From an uncultured delta proteobacterium (lineage in GTDB: Bacteria; Desulfobacterota; Syntrophobacteria; BM002), in assembly GCA_963712115.1 (NCBI GenBank), contig CAVQGX010000007.1:14978-78977 (forward strand): a stretch of 64,000 bases of DNA, read 5' to 3'. The notes beneath the pieces are model-generated. The model saw only the letters and a list, made by a program, of their open reading frames with translations. It ran no database searches and was not told the DNA's origin. Positions 28,568-37,757 of the stretch are shown piece after piece. Position numbers and translations under genes: made by a program. Each line of letters opens with the position of its first letter. Within the stretch, counting starts at the first letter, position 1.

Positions 28568-29203
28568 TCACGGTTTACACCGGCGGCCGGGGCTAAACCC
28601 CTGATATAAGGCTTGGTAGCGGTTTTCGAAAAAAACTCGATTATGACCTGCTGTCTTGAGACCAAACTGACAATGAGGCCGGTGGAATACCCAAGTCCGT
28701 TTGTTCCCCAAATAATGCTTTTCGGGTTTGGCAACAGGTAATGACCAAATACCCTTTTTATCCTTTAAGGCTTCACGTTGGAGATTCAGCAGTCTTTCCC
28801 AGTAAAGTGTCTTGGACTGGCGACGTATTAAATGAGCATAGCCCTGTTGGACCAGCTCGCCATTGACAAAAGTACCATCTTCAAGGAAAACATAAGCCAG
28901 CAGCCTCCCATAGTGGTCACGGGACTCCTCAGCCAACTCGAGGTTTAGCCAACGGCCCAGGACCAATTTCTGGTTGAATGCCCGGGCCTCATCACCGTAG
29001 GGCTCCCCGGGTTCACCATCGTGAGCTATTTCAGGAGCGTTGATACCAGCGTAGCGCACCCGTTCACCACCCGTGAGGACAATTGTGTCACCGTCAGCCA
29101 CCCAGCGCACTCGGCCACGTTTTTCAGCACCATACAAGGGTAAAGCCGCCAGGGTGCAGACTATTAAAATAGGATGGAGTGTGAGAATGAAACGTTTGAG
29201 CAT
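28568..29203 (-). CDS. thermonuclease (SNase) family protein with signal peptide and C-terminal Ada-like metal-binding domain
   Basis: V.DGDTI, VRY.GINAPE, D.YGRLLAYV, N.ELV..GYA; tail YLGNK..FHRPHC...NRVFF...GFSP..RC.P. Confidence 0.9.
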   Translation of the reverse strand: MLKRFILTLHPILIVCTLAALPLYGAEKRGRVRWVADGDTIVLTGGERVRYAGINAPEIAHDGEPGEPYGDEARAFNQKLVLGRWLNLELAEESRDHYGRLLAYVFLEDGTFVNGELVQQGYAHLIRRQSKTLYWERLLNLQREALKDKKGIWSLPVAKPEKHYLGNKRTWVFHRPHCQFGLKTAGHNRVFFENRYQALYQGFSPGRRCKP

Positions 29204-29210
29204 ATTTAAT

Positions 29211-29371
29211 CAGTAAGCGATAAGCAGTGAGCAGTGAGCAGTAAGCCCTCGGCACTAAGTAGTCAGGAGTCAGAATTCAGAAGCCAGGAGAATCACCTAA
29301 GCGATCTGTCCTTGTCTCCTGTCTACTGGCTCCTATCTCCTAGCTCCTTTACTTAAACTATGCTCTATGCT
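29211..29371. repeat. compound heptamer arrays
   Basis: (CAGTRAG)x5, then agtcagg-agtcaga-attcaga-agccagg with complementary tcctgtc-tactggc-tcctatc-tcctagc, then ctatgct-ctatgc. Confidence 0.75.
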
Positions 29372-29409
29372 GAAATGAGGAATGATAACCGATCGATCAA
29401 TGGTGACCC

Positions 29410-30111
29410 TCATCGATAGCCGCAGCGACGATCCACCTCTGCCATCATAGTGTTCAACCGCTCTTGAACCAGTTGCCGGTAGTGCTCCAACTCCTCGCCG
29501 GTGGTTTCTCTCGGAATGTGGATCGGGTCACCAAAGGCCATGGAAATCCTACTCCAAGGAAGGGGCAATATCATCTTATCCCAACTATTTCGCAGGGTAA
29601 TAGTGCGGTTGGCAGACCAAATAGCTGGAATAAATGGCGATTCCGTTTGCATGGCCAGAACGATCATTCCTTTCTTGGCCACATAGGCTGGCCCCCGGGG
29701 GCCATCTAGCACCGTCGCACATGCCTTGCCGCCGCTAGTTAAATGGTGGTGCATCTGTTTCAGAGCTTCCTTGCCACCCCGGCTGGAAGAACCGCGCGCC
29801 GGAATCGCTCCCATTGCAGATGTATACTGGGCAAGAATTTCGCCGTCTTTACTTTGACTGATCATGATCATAGGGTGAAAATGACCAAAGAAGTATAGAA
29901 AGTAAATGGCGGCTCGGTGCCAGGTACCAACAACTACAGGCGTGTCATTCGAAGCATATTCCCGGTAGACCTGCTCATTAATGAATGTCACTTTGCAGGT
30001 ATTGAACCATATACGGGCGAGAGGTGCCACAACTTTGCGTATAAGGCGGGCCATGAGAGTTTCATGGGCGAAGTCACGAATTCTAAAATTTTTCCTGCGT
30101 CTACTGGCCAT
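29410..30111 (-). CDS. lysophospholipid acyltransferase family protein (DUF374)
   Basis: WH, ISQSKDGE, RGSSSRGG, DGPRGP, SWDK..LP.P motifs. Confidence 0.9.
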   Translation of the reverse strand: MASRRRKNFRIRDFAHETLMARLIRKVVAPLARIWFNTCKVTFINEQVYREYASNDTPVVVGTWHRAAIYFLYFFGHFHPMIMISQSKDGEILAQYTSAMGAIPARGSSSRGGKEALKQMHHHLTSGGKACATVLDGPRGPAYVAKKGMIVLAMQTESPFIPAIWSANRTITLRNSWDKMILPLPWSRISMAFGDPIHIPRETTGEELEHYRQLVQERLNTMMAEVDRRCGYR

Positions 30112-30196
30112 TAGCTATGCTGCCTTTGCGATCCCACCTGATGTTTGAGAACAACAGACCAGGTCATCCAGCGCGGGATAAATCTTCCTGGGCGAA

Positions 30197-30225
30197 AAGC
30201 TAACAGAGCCTCAAACCCCTGTCAA
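30197..30225 (-). promoter_or_regulatory. sigma70-type promoter
   Basis: TTGACA-N17-TAGCTT with TG extension upstream of the DUF374 gene. Confidence 0.55.
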
Positions 30226-30243
30226 ACATTAAGGGTGATTGAT

Positions 30244-31311
30244 TTAAAGTAGGGCCTGCCTGTCCAGCATAGCGCTCAGGCCTCCGCGGTCCGCAGGGGT
30301 GAATCCGAGAGCCTCACGCCACACATCATTACTCTCCATACACAGATAGAGGCAGAGATCTTTATGGACTGAGAGCAGTAACTCTTTGAGGTGACTGTAC
30401 ATCTCCACCCGGAGATCGCGAAAGTAACGCAGCTTTCCGTCCAGCCCTGGGACAAACTCCTCATCCAGAATTGTAGAGAGGGGATGGTGGTATCGAATAG
30501 TGGCTTTGAGTGAAGGCATGAACCGGAGAGTACCCAGGCTGATCCAGGCGATACCATCTGGATCTACGGCTGAAAATAAGCGATCTACAACCTCAGCGTA
30601 GCCCTCCTTCCACTTAGGGTAAGCCAAAAGAGGATCAAAGTGAAAAGCCAGGCGAAAGCCCCACTCTTGGCACCGGCGAGCTGCCTCGAGCCTTTCTCTC
30701 AAGGAAGAGGCAGCCCCTTCCTCCCTGGCAATCACCTCAGCTGGATTGAGCGACCAGGCAACAATAGTGCGCCCTCCGTGATCCAGCTTTTCGAGTAAAT
30801 CTACCTGGGCGGTCTTGGTTTTCAGTTCGAGAACCGCATTGGGCTGCTTGGCGAAAAACGGCACCAGGATTGCGCTCAAGCGGGTCAAGTGATCCAAGAG
30901 CAGGCTATCGGTGAACTCGCCAGTTCCTATGCGGTGCACTGCCCTGGGGGAATTGCGCAGATGCTCTCTCAACTCCTGCATCATCTCATCAATATTGGCA
31001 AATAGCCTCAGGTTGGGATTGGGGAAATAGGCCTGCAGAATGCAGTAGGAGCAACCAAGGGAACATTGGTGGCCAAAATTTAGTATCTGGTAGCCGCAGC
31101 AATTGTAGGAGCGCGTTCCCGGGCAGGCTTTTACAAAACGCCCCTTGAATTTTACGATTTCCAGAACTTTACCTGTTTCACTTTTCCTCTCTTCACCTAG
31201 CCGATCCACCCATTTCACCGGGATTCCAGGCAGACCCGCCAGAATACTTCTCACCAAGGGGCTTCCGGCAACCTCCTCTTCAATTACTAGCTTCTCGGGA
31301 TGATATGTCAC
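30244..31311 (-). CDS. spore photoproduct lyase-like radical SAM protein
   Basis: CPGT..Y.CCGY, CxxxCxxC (CSLGCSYC), GTGEFTDSL, ELKTK, WSLNP, FHFDP, DGKLRY, YLCME motifs. Confidence 0.88.
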   Translation of the reverse strand: MTYHPEKLVIEEEVAGSPLVRSILAGLPGIPVKWVDRLGEERKSETGKVLEIVKFKGRFVKACPGTRSYNCCGYQILNFGHQCSLGCSYCILQAYFPNPNLRLFANIDEMMQELREHLRNSPRAVHRIGTGEFTDSLLLDHLTRLSAILVPFFAKQPNAVLELKTKTAQVDLLEKLDHGGRTIVAWSLNPAEVIAREEGAASSLRERLEAARRCQEWGFRLAFHFDPLLAYPKWKEGYAEVVDRLFSAVDPDGIAWISLGTLRFMPSLKATIRYHHPLSTILDEEFVPGLDGKLRYFRDLRVEMYSHLKELLLSVHKDLCLYLCMESNDVWREALGFTPADRGGLSAMLDRQALL

Positions 31312-32275
31312 TCTTGCTTTCCATCATACCCTGGAGTTCAGGCTGATCAGCCAGCTGGGCTACATGTCGCAGTCGACTTGCCAACTCCTCGGCTCGCTCA
31401 AAGGTACATTCCAAAATCCACTTGGGCCCCTCAAAATAAGGAGGGGGTACCAGCCGCACTCCAGAAGGCAGGCCGAGATCCCTCGCCTCCCTGGCAAACC
31501 TTTCTCTGCGGGCGGTGAGGCGAGGATTGCGCCGGGCCTGCAGATGCTTTCGAATTTCTTGGGCGCACTGCCGTGCTGGCCTTTTGGAAGCCTGTTGCAG
31601 TGCTCTGACCTCTTTACTGCTTAAGATCTGCTCAGGCGTGAGATTATCCTTCCGGGCGATCTCCTCAACTGTTTCGATTATTTCCTCCTGCACACTCACA
31701 CTGAAAGGAAGCTCTTCAAATAAAAGCAAGTAAGCGAGCCGGTCTTTCTGTTCCTGCGTTGCCAGGGCAAAAGCAATGCGCTCATTGAGTCTGCCCGCAG
31801 CCAGAGAATCGAGTATGACCTCTTCCAGATCATGCAACCCCAAGTACCGGTTGAAGAGTGTAATGCTGGGCTCCAAATCCAGAAGGGGCATGAACTCATC
31901 AATGAGTTGCGGCTCCTCCAAATAATCCGCCATCTTAGCAAGAACCAAGGACTTCTCTACCGGATTTAGGGTCCTTTGGGCCACATTGTCATAAATTGCC
32001 AGCCGAAGGCATCTTTGATGTTCAAAAGAGCTGGGCAACACTCGACAGCTTAGTGAGTCTAAACCAATTTTCTTGCAGGCAGCCAATCGACGGCCTCCGC
32101 AGACGATCCTGAAAAGGCCGTTTTTTTTGCCCTGCAGCAGGGGTGGCTCAATCAAGCCAACGGTTTGGATGGAAAGTAGAAGCTTATGGGGAAGAGGACC
32201 ATAAGTGATCAGGCAGGAGGTGTCAGTCCAATCTATTTTGTTAAGCTGGATGGAACAAGACTCCGTTTCAACCAT
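31280..32275 (-). CDS. ParB N-terminal domain protein
   Basis: L..SI..VGLIEPPLL, IVCGGRRL.A (GxRR), AIYDN..R.LNPVEK; overlaps the radical SAM gene by 32 nt. Confidence 0.82.
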   Translation of the reverse strand: MVETESCSIQLNKIDWTDTSCLITYGPLPHKLLLSIQTVGLIEPPLLQGKKNGLFRIVCGGRRLAACKKIGLDSLSCRVLPSSFEHQRCLRLAIYDNVAQRTLNPVEKSLVLAKMADYLEEPQLIDEFMPLLDLEPSITLFNRYLGLHDLEEVILDSLAAGRLNERIAFALATQEQKDRLAYLLLFEELPFSVSVQEEIIETVEEIARKDNLTPEQILSSKEVRALQQASKRPARQCAQEIRKHLQARRNPRLTARRERFAREARDLGLPSGVRLVPPPYFEGPKWILECTFERAEELASRLRHVAQLADQPELQGMMESKSDISSREASN

Positions 32276-32285
32276 AATCCCGCTC

Positions 32286-33173
32286 CTAACCTTGGGTAAG
32301 ACGTTCCAGAGCCTCCAAGTAGCGGGTCCTAGTGTTCTGCACTACCTCGTCGGGAAGCTGTGGGGCAGGCGGTTTGTGATTCCAGCCGCTCTGATCAAGG
32401 TAATCGCGCAAGTACTGCTTATCGAAGCTCTCTTGGCTCCGACCCGGCTCATACTTGTCTGCCGGCCAGAACCTGGAAGAGTCTGGGGTAAGGACTTCAT
32501 CTATCAGAGCAAGCTGATCACCTACTGTGCCGAACTCAAACTTGGTATCGGCGATGATTATGCCTCTCTGGCTAGCAATGGCTGCCCCCTTCTCGTACAA
32601 GGCTATGCTGAGTTCACAAAGTTTTTCTGCCAAGCTAGTCCCCACTTTTTCACCCAGGGTGGCAAAATCGATGTTCTCGTCATGGAGACCCCTCTCAGCC
32701 TTGGTCGACGGGGTAAATATTGGCGATTCTAGGCTAGAGGACTCCAAAAGTCCCGGTGGGAGTGTTATGCCGCACACCGATCCCTGTCTCTCATAGTCCT
32801 TCCACCCGGACCCGCTGAGATAACCGCGCACAATACACTCCACCGGCAGGGGTTTCGCTTTGGTCACCAGCATGCTGCGACCCGCCAATTCCTCAGCATA
32901 AGGTCGGCATTGTTCAGGAAATTCATCAATGTCTGCGGTAACCAGGTGATTGTCCACCACCTCGGCCAAGGCCCTGAACCAGAAAGCGGATATCTTGGTC
33001 AGAATCCTGCCTTTGTCAGGAATAGGTGTAGGCATTACCACATCGTAGGCAGAGATCCTGTCAGTGGCAACTATGAGCAACTGCTCCCCCAAATCATAAA
33101 TGTCGCGCACCTTTCCCCGTCCGCGCAAGGTAAGATTAGGGAAGTTGGTCTCAAACACCGGCCCTGCTGTCAT
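32286..33173 (-). CDS. purC: SAICAR synthase
   Basis: [56 protein letters not shown] motifs. Confidence 0.97.
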   Translation of the reverse strand: MTAGPVFETNFPNLTLRGRGKVRDIYDLGEQLLIVATDRISAYDVVMPTPIPDKGRILTKISAFWFRALAEVVDNHLVTADIDEFPEQCRPYAEELAGRSMLVTKAKPLPVECIVRGYLSGSGWKDYERQGSVCGITLPPGLLESSSLESPIFTPSTKAERGLHDENIDFATLGEKVGTSLAEKLCELSIALYEKGAAIASQRGIIIADTKFEFGTVGDQLALIDEVLTPDSSRFWPADKYEPGRSQESFDKQYLRDYLDQSGWNHKPPAPQLPDEVVQNTRTRYLEALERLTQG

Positions 33174-33194
33174 ACCATCCTCCAAAGCAGTTTG

Positions 33195-33316
33195 AACCAC
33201 AGAGAGTTGGAATTTCAGATTATTGATTGTAGATTGCAGATTTAGAAATCTTCTCGTTGGTACTCAAGTCACTCTACAATCTAAAATCTAAAATGTCCTT
33301 AGTGCACTCTGTGGTT
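33195..33316. repeat. composite fold-back element (copy 2 of the 12779 type)
   Basis: AACCACAGAG...GATTGTAGATTGCAGATT...CAATCTAAAATCTAAAAT...CTCTGTGGTT. Confidence 0.85.
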
Positions 33317-33339
33317 GAATCCCCTTGAGTTAAATTGAC

Positions 33340-33377
33340 AAAGGGGCGAACTCACAACCTCTTGGAGCCGCCCCTTT
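33340..33377 (-). terminator. probable terminator after the carboxyltransferase gene
   Basis: AAAGGGGCG...CGCCCCTTT inverted repeat. Confidence 0.6.
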
Positions 33378-33393
33378 GATGGTAGAGCAGATT

Positions 33394-35373
33394 TTAGCCA
33401 ATCACTGCCAAGGTATTGCCCTTCTGAACTGAATCACCACTTTTGAAGGGTATGGACAGCACCGTCCCGGAAATAGGGGCAGTAATGGAATTCTCCATCT
33501 TCATAGCCTCTAGGATGAGGACCACATCCCCCTCATTTACCGAGTCCCCCTCATTGACTTCATAGCGAATTACCATTCCCGGCATGGGCGCCTCAATGCG
33601 AGTACCCTCAACAGCAGGTTTTGCAACGGGCTTGGCCGCTGCAGGAGCTGCCGCTGGCGCAGGGGCTGGAGCGGCTGCTGCCGCAGCCGGTGGTACCGCT
33701 GGTTGTGGCATCATAGGGGTCACCGAGGTCACAACTGGTGCTCCACCCACTTCATCCACTTCCACCTCGAAGTAGTCACCGTCCACAAATACGTTAAAGG
33801 TGCGTACTCCAGGGCCCTTTTCCGGTGCTGGCTTTTCCACTTTTTCAACTAGCTTGCCCGCTTTGGCCAGAGACACCAACCGTTCTACTTCCTTGACCTG
33901 TTCTAAAGTCTTAGGTTTGACCTCGGCCGGGATTTCTTCCAGCCCATATTTCCACTTCAAGAATCGAACACCTGTGGTGGGATAAATAGCAACAATTAGC
34001 TGATCGTCTATGTCTTTAGCCAGATCACCTGCCAAAGCCTTGGCTTTGTCCAATTCGGGTTCCAGAACATCTGCCGGCCTGACCTTGATGGGTTTTTCCC
34101 CGCGCTCGTAACCCTTTAAGGCTTTCTTACGGACTTCGGGGTCAATGGGCACAGGTGTCTCGCCGTAGAGGCCGTAACAGAGGTCTTTCACCTGTGCGGT
34201 GATCATTTTGTAGCGTTCGTCTCCGGTATCAAAGAGAACATTGTTAACCGTCTGAATTCCAACAATCTGACTGGTGGGAGTTACCAGTGGTACCTGGCCC
34301 AGTTCTTTTCGGACTCGGGGAAGTTCGGCAAAAACCTCGTCAATACGATCCAAGGCATCCATTTCCCTGAGCTGGTTTACAAGATTGGAGAGCATGCCAC
34401 CCGGAGTCTGATGGAGGAGCACATTAATATCTATGACGGAAAGCTTGGTGTCATCCAAGAGATGCCTATATTTGGGAGACACCTTTTCTATATGTTCAGA
34501 GAGGGCTGCCAGCTGTTTGATGTCAAAACCCGTATCCCTGTTTGTTCCCTTCAGGGTCATTGCCAGAGGTTCAATGGCCGGGTGCGAGGTCCGGTAAGCC
34601 CAAGGTGAGAGTACGGTGTCAACAATGTCCACTCCTGCTTCTATGGCCTTCAACAGGGCCATGCACGATTGGCCGGAAGTGAAGTGGCTGTGGAGGTGAA
34701 TGGGCACCTTCACCTGCTCCTTTAGGGCCTTTACCAGCATATAGGCATCATAGGGCGAGATAAGACCTGCCATGTCTTTGATACATACAGTGTCTGCCCC
34801 CATATCCTCGAGCTGTTTGGCCTTCTTCACATAGTATTCGATGTTATATACCGACCCGCCCATGCGTGGAGCTGTGAGGGAATAACAGATAGCTCCCTGA
34901 AAATGTTTGCCCATCTTCTTGATTACCGGCACAACCGTCGTAAAATTGCGCAAATCATTCACCGCATCGAAAACCCGAAAAACATCGATGCCGTTTTCAG
35001 CTGCTCGCTCTACGAATATCTTGGCCACGTCGTCGGCGTAGTTGCGGTAGCCCACCAGATTTTGCCCGCGAAGCAACATCTGTAGTGGAGTTTTCTTGAC
35101 GTACTTTTTCAATGTTCGCGGTCTTTCCCACGGGTCTTCCCCGAGGAAGCGGTGCATGGTGTCAAAGGTTGCACCACCCCACACACCCAAGGCCCAGAAA
35201 CCCACCTTATCCATTTCTTCTGCTATGGGTATCATGTCTTCGGTGCGCCCGCGGGTTGCGAAGATTGATTGGTGCGCATCACGAAAGGTCAAATCTTGAA
35301 CCTTGACCGGATTGGACACTTTTACTTCCTCTTCTACCAGTCCAGCCGTAAGTTTCCCGTGTTTGTCTGCCAT
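33394..35373 (-). CDS. pyruvate carboxylase subunit B / oxaloacetate decarboxylase alpha type: carboxyltransferase plus biotin carrier
   Basis: RDAHQS, WGGATFD, MLLRGQNLVGY, IKDMAG, HLHSH, PGGM.SN, LVTPTSQIVG, Ala/Pro linker, EAMKM. Confidence 0.93.
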   Translation of the reverse strand: MADKHGKLTAGLVEEEVKVSNPVKVQDLTFRDAHQSIFATRGRTEDMIPIAEEMDKVGFWALGVWGGATFDTMHRFLGEDPWERPRTLKKYVKKTPLQMLLRGQNLVGYRNYADDVAKIFVERAAENGIDVFRVFDAVNDLRNFTTVVPVIKKMGKHFQGAICYSLTAPRMGGSVYNIEYYVKKAKQLEDMGADTVCIKDMAGLISPYDAYMLVKALKEQVKVPIHLHSHFTSGQSCMALLKAIEAGVDIVDTVLSPWAYRTSHPAIEPLAMTLKGTNRDTGFDIKQLAALSEHIEKVSPKYRHLLDDTKLSVIDINVLLHQTPGGMLSNLVNQLREMDALDRIDEVFAELPRVRKELGQVPLVTPTSQIVGIQTVNNVLFDTGDERYKMITAQVKDLCYGLYGETPVPIDPEVRKKALKGYERGEKPIKVRPADVLEPELDKAKALAGDLAKDIDDQLIVAIYPTTGVRFLKWKYGLEEIPAEVKPKTLEQVKEVERLVSLAKAGKLVEKVEKPAPEKGPGVRTFNVFVDGDYFEVEVDEVGGAPVVTSVTPMMPQPAVPPAAAAAAPAPAPAAAPAAAKPVAKPAVEGTRIEAPMPGMVIRYEVNEGDSVNEGDVVLILEAMKMENSITAPISGTVLSIPFKSGDSVQKGNTLAVIG

Positions 35374-35527
35374 AATCCTCTCCTCTTAGTCTCTCCTCCC
35401 GTTTTCTGAAACTCTCAACCGAAGGAAGGTCGTTCCTCGGTGAGCGTTCAATATGAGTCAAAAGGAACAGAAGTAAATACAACTAGCAGAATGATTGAAA
35501 ACGCTGATTGTCTCTTGCTATGAACAA

Positions 35528-35737
35528 CTAGCGCATCATACGCAACTGAAGCAGCCTGCGCATCTCCATCCCAGCCTGCCTCCCCGAGGCGGACCACAGA
35601 CTTACCGCCCCTAGAGCCGGTGCAGAGACTGGCCTGCTTACCGCTGCCATTGCAAGTTGTTGTTCTTCTTGGCTCCTCAGATATCTATAGACCGCAGTAA
35701 CTGCCGCAACAATGCTTTTCTTCTGAGGTACGTCCAT
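35528..35737 (-). CDS. small accessory subunit of biotin-dependent carboxylases (epsilon/delta-like)
   Basis: IVAAVTAV..YL...SLW..SGR pattern; directly upstream of the carboxyltransferase. Confidence 0.65.
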   Translation of the reverse strand: MDVPQKKSIVAAVTAVYRYLRSQEEQQLAMAAVSRPVSAPALGAVSLWSASGRQAGMEMRRLLQLRMMR

Positions 35738-35860
35738 TCTCTCTACTTAGTTTGTTGAGGTTGTCCTAGTATCTTCTTCGCCACTGCCTTCCCGCCTACC
35801 ACTGTTCGGCTGGCGGACGGGCGAAGTGCACAGGAAGCCCTCAGGGGATGATCTGATCTA

Positions 35861-36415
35861 CTAAAGGCCGAGTTGGTCGCTGATCCCTTGCATGGCCACC
35901 AGGCTGAGCTCGGCAAAATCCGCCATGGGCACCCCGATTTCTTCACAGAGCCTTATTTGCTCTCGATTGACCCGCCTGGCAAAATCTTTTTGTTTCATCC
36001 GTTTCAAGATGGATTTCGGTTTAACACTTTTTAGACGTTTATCTGGGTAGACGAGTGCCGTGGCGATAACCATGCCGGTAATAGATTCGGCACAGGTGAG
36101 GGCGAAATCGAGCTTAGACTCTCTCTCCAGACCCAAGACCTCAGCATTGTGCGCCTTGATAGCGCTAATCACCTCAGTTGGCAAGTCGCTATCGGCCAGC
36201 ATGGCAGCCGTCTTTAACCCATGCTCGGAGGGATTATCAGCTGTCTCCTCATAATCCAAGTCGTGTAAAAGGCCTGTAATACCCCACAAGTCAATGGGTT
36301 CATCTAACCGCTCTGCCAGAGCCCGCATTACTGCTTCAGTGGCAAGGCAGTGTTTTCTCAAATTGTCGGCCCTCATGTGACTTTCGAGTAGATCAAGGGC
36401 TTGCTGCCGATCCAT
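35861..36415 (-). CDS. HDIG-domain phosphohydrolase
   Basis: LRKHCLATEA.M, GLLHDLDYE, AIKAH, K.FAR.VNR motifs; start placed at MDRQQ. Confidence 0.9.
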   Translation of the reverse strand: MDRQQALDLLESHMRADNLRKHCLATEAVMRALAERLDEPIDLWGITGLLHDLDYEETADNPSEHGLKTAAMLADSDLPTEVISAIKAHNAEVLGLERESKLDFALTCAESITGMVIATALVYPDKRLKSVKPKSILKRMKQKDFARRVNREQIRLCEEIGVPMADFAELSLVAMQGISDQLGL

Positions 36416-36510
36416 GGACAATCTTACGACCTCCTCAACCCCAAAAGGGAAGCACAAACCACAGAGCACTTATAGCTGCCACCGAATTCGAATTTCGGAT
36501 TTAGTAACAA

Positions 36511-36849
36511 CTATGCTGCTTTGGTGGCCCGACGGGTTTTCTTTTTCAGCCGGCTAATTCTCCTTCTAAGCAGCTGCACCTTATCTTTTTCTCCTGCCTC
36601 CCTCATTGTCTCTTTCTGGCTCCGGAGTTCCCTTATTTTCTTCTTGATGCTGCGAACGTCGCCGCTCTTGTCGCGTTTTTTCTCATCTGCAATTCCTTTG
36701 GCCTCCTTTATGGCGGCAACCAGCTCACTTTTATTCATGGCATGAACGCCGACGATACCCTCCATACCCAGGGCCATCTCTCGCAGTTCCTTGGCAGTCA
36801 TCCGATCTAGGGGTTTCTCCTTTTTTTCCTTTTTCTCTTTCTTAGCCAT
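36511..36849 (-). CDS. small basic protein with Rho N-terminal-like helical domain
   Basis: LDRMTAKELREMA...GVHAMNKSELVAAI. Confidence 0.78.
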   Translation of the reverse strand: MAKKEKKEKKEKPLDRMTAKELREMALGMEGIVGVHAMNKSELVAAIKEAKGIADEKKRDKSGDVRSIKKKIRELRSQKETMREAGEKDKVQLLRRRISRLKKKTRRATKAA

Positions 36850-36914
36850 TTACTTCCACTCCTCCATCTAATACCAGTCGGGCAAGGGCAATCGGGTGTT
36901 TTGCACCAATCACC

Positions 36915-37700
36915 TTACTTGTCAGAGTCATCTTTTTTACGCTTCTCAAGAACTTCCGATAACTGAATAAATGGTTTGAACAAGTCTATTGGAATGGGGA
37001 AAAGGGTGGTGGAATTATTTTCCGCCGAAACCTCCCTCAGTGTCTGGAGGTATCGCAACTGTAAGGCCATGGGATGTTCAGCGATTATCTCTGCTGCTTG
37101 GGCTAAGCGGGCTGCCGCCTGGTGCTCACCCTCAGCATTTATAACCTTGGCACGTCTTTCCCGTTCGGCCTCGGCCTGCCTCGCCATAGCACGCTGCATG
37201 TCTTGGGGCAGATCGATGTGTTTGACTTCCACGGTGGTGACTTTAACGCCCCAGGGGTCTGTGTGCTTGTCCAAAATCTCTTGTAGTTCGGTGTTAATCT
37301 TATCTCGGTCAGATAGGAGTTCATCCAGCTCCGCCTGCCCACAGACGCTTCGTAGGGTGGTCTGGGCCAACTGAGAAGTAGCGTAGAGATAATTTTCAAC
37401 CTCTACTACCGCCTTAATGGAATCCATCACCCGAAAATAGATGACTGCATTTACCTTCACAGAAACGTTGTCTCGAGTAATTACGTCCTGCGGCGGCACG
37501 TCCATGGCCACCAGTCGCAAACTTATTTTCACCAGCCTGTCTACTACCGGTATTATGATAATAAGGCCCGGGCCTTTGGCTCTTGACATTACTCGGCCCA
37601 AACGAAATACAACTCCCCTTTCGTACTCGTTTAGGATCCTAATTGCACTGGCCAAAAAAAGGACCGCGAGTACTATCAAAAATATAATTGAGTAAGACAT
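36915..37700 (-). CDS. slipin / SPFH (stomatin-like) protein
   Basis: [51 protein letters not shown] motifs. Confidence 0.95.
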   Translation of the reverse strand: MSYSIIFLIVLAVLFLASAIRILNEYERGVVFRLGRVMSRAKGPGLIIIIPVVDRLVKISLRLVAMDVPPQDVITRDNVSVKVNAVIYFRVMDSIKAVVEVENYLYATSQLAQTTLRSVCGQAELDELLSDRDKINTELQEILDKHTDPWGVKVTTVEVKHIDLPQDMQRAMARQAEAERERRAKVINAEGEHQAAARLAQAAEIIAEHPMALQLRYLQTLREVSAENNSTTLFPIPIDLFKPFIQLSEVLEKRKKDDSDK

Positions 37701-37757
37701 GGAGTCCTCCTATCAAGGCGGCAAAAAAGCTGTAAATTCCCGCTCTAAGTGACCAAA

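Noticed and set aside
33630-33730. GC-rich low-complexity repeat inside the carboxyltransferase gene
   Set aside because: It is the ordinary Ala/Pro linker before the biotin carrier domain.
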